Below, piece by piece: positions 33,628-38,798 of a stretch of 38,798 nucleotides of DNA. The position numbers and the translations under genes are program-made. Origin of the DNA: a virus (taxonomy: Duplodnaviria; Caudoviricetes); the IMG/VR virus record IMGVR_UViG_3300015370_000029, positions 1 to 38,798 of that record, one strand, 5' to 3'. A model generated the notes under the pieces. That model made no database searches and was not told where the DNA came from. It saw nothing but the letters and a program-made list of their open reading frames with translations. Every line of letters begins with the position of its first letter. Position 1 is the stretch's first letter.

Positions 33628-34126
33628 AAATACAACCGTCCCGATTGCGCGGTCACAGGAAGCGATCCGAAAGTTACTCATAAACTTTGGCGTGCGAGGC
33701 GTTCAGTTTTCGGAGGATTTTGAAACTCGAAACGTGAATGTCAAGTTTGCTAAAGAAGTAAATAAAACCATGCGAACTGTCAGCGTATCCATGGTCATTC
33801 CCGAAGCTCCGCCAGCCAAACGAAAACGAAGCGCAACCTATCGGCGCGGACGCATGGTTTACGGGAAACTGCCCCAGGAAAGGCAGGAACAAATGGCGCG
33901 GGCAACTTACCGAGCCTTACATGATTGGTTGAAAGCTCAATTTGTTGCCGTGGAATTTGGTCTACTCACATTTGAAGACGTGTTCCTGTCTCATTTTGAG
34001 TGGATATTGCCGAATGGCGTTGTGTCCACTGTCGGAGCAATGGTAAAACCGCGTCTCGAAACACGCTCAGAATTCATGCTTGAAGAGGGCGGGGTGACGG
34101 ACGGTGAAGTGGTGAATGAAAAATAA
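33611..34126 (+). CDS. Phage hypothetical protein
   Basis: AYKNTTVP..RSQ..I..LL..FG and RAL..WLKAQ..AVE.G...FEDVFL motifs; GGAGG RBS. Confidence 0.65.
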   Translation: MSNAYKNTTVPIARSQEAIRKLLINFGVRGVQFSEDFETRNVNVKFAKEVNKTMRTVSVSMVIPEAPPAKRKRSATYRRGRMVYGKLPQERQEQMARATYRALHDWLKAQFVAVEFGLLTFEDVFLSHFEWILPNGVVSTVGAMVKPRLETRSEFMLEEGGVTDGEVVNEK

Positions 34127-34165
34127 AATTGACAAAGTAATTCAAATCAAAAAGGAGAAGAGACA

Positions 34166-34735
34166 ATGGTATCAGTATATGATCTGTACGAATTTTATTT
34201 GGACGCCCATGACTTGAAGGACAAGGCGCATGTGGTGACGGTGGAGAGCGTGAAGGTGGATAGTGTGATCAACCCTCGCGCGCATAAGCCGGAGAAGAAA
34301 ATCATATTGCGCTTTGTGAACCGGCGCAAGAGCATGATCTTGAACAAGACGCAGGCGGGGGCGATGATGGAAATTGCAGGCACGGATGACTATAACAAAT
34401 GGAAGGGCGCGGAGGTGGTCTTGATCGCCGGGCGCGCGAGTAATGGCAGAGACACGATCGTGGTTACGACGCGGGAGAACTCGGGGGATATTGACCTGAT
34501 GTATCCGCACCAGGAGCAGAAGCCGGTTGAGCCGGCTGTCAATATTCCCAAAGAGTGGCTGGAAGCCAGGTGTGAAGAGGCGTTGGGTATAGCCGCGCAG
34601 AGATGGGGAGTGAGCAAGAAGGCGGCGTGGGATCGGATTGACAGGGCAGTGAAGACGGAGGCGTTGAGCGAGGTGCTGCCGAGGGAGGAGTTCAAGGAAT
34701 ATGTTGAGTCAATGGTATTAGCCCCCCTATCATAA
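34166..34735 (+). CDS. Putative ssDNA-binding/annealing protein with an extra C-terminal helical domain
   Basis: YLDAHDL...VTVESV...L.F...K.MILNKTQ...G.D...W.G..V.L core; AAGGAG RBS. Confidence 0.55.
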   Translation: MVSVYDLYEFYLDAHDLKDKAHVVTVESVKVDSVINPRAHKPEKKIILRFVNRRKSMILNKTQAGAMMEIAGTDDYNKWKGAEVVLIAGRASNGRDTIVVTTRENSGDIDLMYPHQEQKPVEPAVNIPKEWLEARCEEALGIAAQRWGVSKKAAWDRIDRAVKTEALSEVLPREEFKEYVESMVLAPLS

Positions 34736-34787
34736 GGGACACAGGAATGAAACTAGCGATGGCAAAGAAGAAAGAAAAGGCGGATGT

Positions 34788-35033
34788 ATGAGTTGGTTGA
34801 GTAATATCATGTTGTCGTTTTGGTCTTCACTGGTCGAATGGTTCCCGTGGAAACAGAAACAGAAACAGAAGAGAGCGCAGTCGAAGACGTATTTGGTGAA
34901 TGATTTTCACTTTCCCGGTAACGCGGCGCATAAGACAGAGCGCAACAAGGCGTATGCGGATCAACACCAGAAGGCGGCACACAACCGCAGACGGAAGACG
35001 AAGAAGGCGATGCGGAACTTGTATCACTTATAG
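34788..35033 (+). CDS. Basic hypothetical protein
   Basis: ORF track. Confidence 0.4.
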   Translation: MSWLSNIMLSFWSSLVEWFPWKQKQKQKRAQSKTYLVNDFHFPGNAAHKTERNKAYADQHQKAAHNRRRKTKKAMRNLYHL

Positions 35034-35044
35034 CGAGGTGCGCC

Positions 35045-35407
35045 ATGGAAGATGAATTGAAGACACGCTTGATGTGGCTGATGAAGACCTATCATGTAGG
35101 GCAGGGCAGGGCGATCAAGAAAAAGGATCTGCTGTTGAAGTTGTACGGCGTGCAGGCGGCAGCGGATGAGTCCTATAACAATTTGGATGACCGGGAACTA
35201 AGAGCGGCGATCCCGGAGATCAACCTGGCAGGGGGGTTGATCTGTTCGAGCGCGAGCAGCGGCTATTGGTGGGCTGCCAGCCTGGAGGACGGGTTGGAGG
35301 CGGCGGAACGGAATATGAACCGGGCATTGACGCAGTTGGAGAATGCGCGGAGGCTGGCGAAGAATTTGCAGGCTGAGTACGGCGGGCAGTTGGCGTTGAA
35401 GATGTGA
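35045..35407 (+). CDS. Winged-helix-like hypothetical protein
   Basis: H.G...AI...L...DRELRAAI..I...G.LICS....GYW pattern. Confidence 0.55.
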   Translation: MEDELKTRLMWLMKTYHVGQGRAIKKKDLLLKLYGVQAAADESYNNLDDRELRAAIPEINLAGGLICSSASSGYWWAASLEDGLEAAERNMNRALTQLENARRLAKNLQAEYGGQLALKM

Positions 35408-35409
35408 CG

Positions 35410-35465
35410 CCCCCCTGCCCTTCGGGCATCCCCCCAAATACCCTGCGGGATATTTGGGGGGAGAG
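35410..35465 (+). repeat. Dispersed hairpin repeat type A
   Basis: CCCCCCTGCCCTTCGGGCATCCCCCCAAATA...TATTTGGGGGGAGAG. Confidence 0.9.
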
Positions 35466-35707
35466 AAATGAATTTAGTGGCGCGAAGAGCACGCGCCATT
35501 GAAGAGTATCTCCTCCTTTTTGATGGCTGGTTGGCGGTGACTGCCAAAGTGGAACCGCTGGGTAAGAATTAGAGACTAGAGACTAGAGACTAAGCACGGA
35601 GGACTTTGTGACTGTAAGAATTCTTAAAGGCGATTGCATCGAAGGCTTGCACAAGTGCAGCCTGTCTTATTGAACAGCGTGTAGCCAGTAAGGTAAGCGA
35701 GGTGAGA

Positions 35708-36118
35708 ATGAGTGTAATTTTTATACCCGATACGCTGACAAGCTGCAACGAATATATCAGCGCTGAGAGGACGAATAAATACCTGGCGGCGAAGATCAAG
35801 AAAATTGAGACAGAACGTGTTCGGTGGGCCTGTTTTGGTGTACCGCCTGTCGAGGATTATCCAGTGCATATTGCTTTTATGTGGCTGTGTCCCAACAAAC
35901 GCCTCGATCCCGACAATATTGCGTTCGCGCGGAAATTCATTCTCGACGGACTACAAAAAGCCGGCGTACTAAAGGACGACAGCTGGAATTATATTAACGG
36001 TTTTTCAGATACGTTCAACCTGGCAGGCAATCGGGTTGGCGTGAACATTGTGATAACGAGCAGAAGAGGCAGTGATGGCAGAGAACAGCAAGATCGAGTG
36101 GACGGACAGTACATTTAA
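35708..36118 (+). CDS. rusA: RusA-like Holliday junction resolvase
   Basis: RLDPDNI...KFILDGLQKAGVLKDDS catalytic motif. Confidence 0.85.
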   Translation: MSVIFIPDTLTSCNEYISAERTNKYLAAKIKKIETERVRWACFGVPPVEDYPVHIAFMWLCPNKRLDPDNIAFARKFILDGLQKAGVLKDDSWNYINGFSDTFNLAGNRVGVNIVITSRRGSDGREQQDRVDGQYI

Positions 36119-37007
36119 TCCGTGGATCGGATGCACGCGGGTCAGCCCGGGCTGTGTGCATTGTTATGCGGAGTCTTTCTCGAAGCGCTACAACATGGCG
36201 GAGTGGGGGCCGGCGGCGCAGAGGGTGAAGACAGGCGCGGCGTATTGGAAGAAGCCGTTGAAGTGGAATAAGACACAATGGTTTGAATGCTTTTTATGTG
36301 GTTGGCGTGGAGTAGAGGCTGATATTGATGAGCACAGAAAAACAGACCTGGTCCACATGCTGCCACACAAAATGCTATTTAGCCCCACCCGTCAGCGGGT
36401 GTTTGTGGCGAGTATGGCGGATGTGTTCGAGGACAACTCACAGGTGGCGGACTGGCGCGGGGAGTTGTTTCAGTTGATGGATGCGACGCCGAACCTGGAC
36501 TGGTTGATCTTGACAAAGAGACCAGAGAGGATATTCAGCCTGGGCACGGATGCAGTGGGGGAGATATTCGATAACTGGCTGGCACGTCACCCGAATGTGT
36601 GGGGCGGGACGAGTGTGGAGAGCCAGGAATACTTAGAAGCACGAGTGGACGTGTTGCTGGGTATTTGTTTCCAGACATCCTTTCTTTCGGTTGAACCCAT
36701 GCTTGGGCCTGTGCGACTCTCACCGCTACAATCAACGTTGGATTGGATAATCTGCGGCGGGGAAAGCGGGGCGGGATGCCGACCGATGAATGTTGATTGG
36801 GCGCGTTGGTTACGAGAGGACTGCCGGATGTTGGATATAAAATTCTTTATGAAGCAATTGGGAGGGCATCCCAATAAGCGCGATCAGTTGAGCGACCTGC
36901 CTGAGGATCTGCGGGTGAGGGAGTGGCATACCCCCCTGCCTTCGGCATCCCCCCAAACCCAAAGACCAAGTGCGGGTTTAGGGGGAGAGGAGGCGGAGGA
37001 TGTTTGA
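36075..37007 (+). CDS. Phage Gp37/Gp68 (DUF5131) protein
   Basis: SKIEWTDSTFNPWIGCTRVSPGCVHCYAE, VFVASMADVF, LTKRPER, FLSVEPMLG, WIICGGESG, FFMKQLG. Confidence 0.92.
   Translation: MAENSKIEWTDSTFNPWIGCTRVSPGCVHCYAESFSKRYNMAEWGPAAQRVKTGAAYWKKPLKWNKTQWFECFLCGWRGVEADIDEHRKTDLVHMLPHKMLFSPTRQRVFVASMADVFEDNSQVADWRGELFQLMDATPNLDWLILTKRPERIFSLGTDAVGEIFDNWLARHPNVWGGTSVESQEYLEARVDVLLGICFQTSFLSVEPMLGPVRLSPLQSTLDWIICGGESGAGCRPMNVDWARWLREDCRMLDIKFFMKQLGGHPNKRDQLSDLPEDLRVREWHTPLPSASPQTQRPSAGLGGEEAEDV
36930..36989 (+). repeat. Hairpin repeat type A, in-frame at the Gp37/Gp68 C-terminus
   Basis: ACCCCCCTGCCTTCGGCATCCCCCCAAACCC...GGGTTTAGGGGGAGAG. Confidence 0.85.
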
Positions 37008-37443
37008 CATAGACCAAGTAAGAGAGGATCAGGACGGAGATTATATTCTGGCTGCGTGGGTTGAGGGGCAGCCCATGTATCGCAAGGTAATGAGCGAGGC
37101 AGAGATAAAGCGCGCGGCAATGGAAGAATGGCTGGATGTGATCTATAGTTTATGGGAGGCAATTGGTAAGGATCTGGATAACAAACCGCTGAACGACAGG
37201 CGATTTTCCATGTACGCGCAGAATTTGAGGAAAGTGCCGTTGGGATTGTTGAAGAAAGGCGTGGAGTATGCCATTTGTAATAACAAGTACAGCAATATCC
37301 CGCCATTGGGCGAGATATGGAAGGGCATCCGTGAGGAATTGAAACCACTGAACCTGACACCAGGCACGAATATTGCCGAGGCGATGGAGATTTGGATAGA
37401 GAGATGGAAGCCCACCCCAACTATACCGCGGGAAAGAGGATAG
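37000..37443 (+). CDS. Hypothetical protein (possible replication accessory)
   Basis: Y...L..VP..LL...V...I.....PP..EI pattern reminiscent of helicase loader/inhibitor proteins; weak. Confidence 0.45.
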   Translation: MFDIDQVREDQDGDYILAAWVEGQPMYRKVMSEAEIKRAAMEEWLDVIYSLWEAIGKDLDNKPLNDRRFSMYAQNLRKVPLGLLKKGVEYAICNNKYSNIPPLGEIWKGIREELKPLNLTPGTNIAEAMEIWIERWKPTPTIPRERG

Positions 37444-37445
37444 CC

Positions 37446-37943
37446 ATGAAGAGATGTCCAAAATGTAAAGAACAAAAATCGGTGAGTGAATTCAACAAAG
37501 ATCGCTCAAAAGGGGATGGGCTTAGGACGTATTGTAGGACATGCGACAATTGGTGGTCGAAATGGTGGGCGCATGCCAATCCTGAAAAGGTAAACGAAAG
37601 AAGCAGGAGGTGGGCGCATGCCAATCCTGAAAAGGTGCGAGAGCGCGGCCACAAATGGCGAGAAGCAAATATTGAAAAGGCGCGCGCGAGAGAACGCATA
37701 CGATGGGCAAGCAGAAGAGCTATTACCGAAGAGGTAAGGCTGGCGTTGTCAGTGTTTTATAAATATACCTGCCTGTGTTGTGGACGCAAAGAGCCTGAAA
37801 TTGAACTGGAATTTGACCACGTAATCCCACTAAAACTTGGCGGTAAAGATACGACTGAGAATTTGCAACTGCTTTGCCGCTCGTGTAATGCCGGCAAAGG
37901 CGCAAAATCCACAGACTATAGACAGGAGGTATTTTATTATTGA
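37446..37943 (+). CDS. Free-standing HNH endonuclease
   Basis: KRCPKC...CRTC Zn finger, 15-aa WAHANPEKV repeats, CLCCG...DHVIP...GG...NLQLLCRSCN. Confidence 0.9.
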   Translation: MKRCPKCKEQKSVSEFNKDRSKGDGLRTYCRTCDNWWSKWWAHANPEKVNERSRRWAHANPEKVRERGHKWREANIEKARARERIRWASRRAITEEVRLALSVFYKYTCLCCGRKEPEIELEFDHVIPLKLGGKDTTENLQLLCRSCNAGKGAKSTDYRQEVFYY

Positions 37944-38048
37944 TTTTTACTCCCTCAACTTAAGAGTGAGTTTGAGTATGAGAGTGAGAGAGAGTGCACC
38001 TATGTGAGAGTGTGTTCTTTTCCGAAACCGAAACCTAGAGGAGATGCA

Positions 38049-38462
38049 ATGAGCAATGAAGATGGTAGAAATTTTCCAGAGTTGGTTGATCTGCCGCGTG
38101 AGGTGAAGCGAAAGGCAAGGAGGAGACAGGCGAATACGAATGATAGATTGAAGGACAAGGCGGAACGGGCTGGTAAGAGTAATTTTAAGAACCAGAAGCA
38201 CGTTGACCTGATGGCGTTCAATGCTTCGGCGGAGGAAGGGTTCATAGAGATCGTGAGGAAGTTGATCGAGGAGAGCGGGCGGACTGCGATCCCGATCGGG
38301 ATGGTCTACCAGGAGGCGGCTTACGAATTGAACGTCAGTCCGCAGACGGCGAAGCGCTATTTGGTAAAGCACTCGGCGAAGCGGGCAGAGTTGAGGGTCT
38401 TTGGGAAAGACGTGATGCTGAACCCGAGGTATGAGCCGGAGGAGGAAGCAGATGAAAGATGA
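38049..38462 (+). CDS. Hypothetical protein with a possible C-terminal HTH
   Basis: QEAAYELNVSPQTAKRYL; GAGGAG RBS. Confidence 0.55.
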   Translation: MSNEDGRNFPELVDLPREVKRKARRRQANTNDRLKDKAERAGKSNFKNQKHVDLMAFNASAEEGFIEIVRKLIEESGRTAIPIGMVYQEAAYELNVSPQTAKRYLVKHSAKRAELRVFGKDVMLNPRYEPEEEADER

Positions 38463-38703
38463 TCTGGCTATCTACACAGGAATGCAGATCACGCGGACAG
38501 TGGACGGTGAGAGGCAGAGATTGGATAAATTGAAACCTTGTATTATGAGGAGGATCGAGATACTGGGTGAGATGAATGATCGCTGGCAGGAGCGCCTGGT
38601 GGCTGGTGATCGGGAACGATTGCTGGAGTTGGCGCGTGAGTATGAGACGAAGAAGATGCCACAGATGGCGAAGGAAGTGCGGCGAGAGGCGGAGGCGTTA
38701 TGA
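38452..38703 (+). CDS. Hypothetical protein
   Basis: GGAGG RBS; overlap coupling. Confidence 0.5.
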   Translation: MKDDLAIYTGMQITRTVDGERQRLDKLKPCIMRRIEILGEMNDRWQERLVAGDRERLLELAREYETKKMPQMAKEVRREAEAL

Positions 38704-38709
38704 GTGCCA

Positions 38710-38742
38710 CCCCCACCCAACCCTCCCCCAAAGTGGAGGAGG
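38710..38742 (+). repeat. Short type B repeat within a truncated ORF starting at 38700
   Basis: CCCCCACCCAACCCTCCCCCAAAGTGGAGGAGG. Confidence 0.6.
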
Positions 38743-38798
38743 TGGAGAAGTGGACGGTAAAGCTGCGGATGGTGTTTACGTTGGAGCAGTTGGAGCAG

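Noticed and set aside
37563-37636. 45-nt-period direct repeat in the HNH gene as a regulatory or mobile repeat
   Set aside because: Explained by the helical WxxANPEKV peptide repeats common in this type of HNH protein.
6638-38742. Dispersed repeats as a CRISPR array
   Set aside because: Copies are scattered, not regularly spaced with unique spacers, and no cas genes are present.

Overview
A near-complete temperate phage genome with podovirus-like organisation, not interrupted by host genes. A Chloroflexota/Anaerolineae-like host is my inference from the repeat style and the GH25+SH3-type lysis genes. Gene order on +: small accessory genes, holin-like genes, TerS, intein-containing TerL, portal, putative ejection proteins (one of 2286 aa), GH25 endolysin, scaffold, major capsid, head-tail/tail genes and tail fibre. 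Then comes a mostly minus-strand lysogeny module (large serine recombinase, membrane proteins, XRE repressor) and a rightward early region (tRNA-Met, SSB-like protein, RusA, Gp37/Gp68, HNH). Four things stand out. (1) An integron-type gene-cassette array (attC sites with matching core sites) at 220-1111 with no IntI in the window; two cassette ORFs read through their attC. (2) A TerL intein whose HNH endonuclease is a separately translated gene in an overlapping frame. (3) About 20 co-oriented modular C-rich/G-rich hairpin repeats, several in-frame inside genes, two of which bracket a DUF559/Vsr-like nuclease. (4) A ~50-aa domain shared by an early SSB-like protein and, in two copies, a lysogeny-module membrane protein. 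All calls are by eye; no searches were run.
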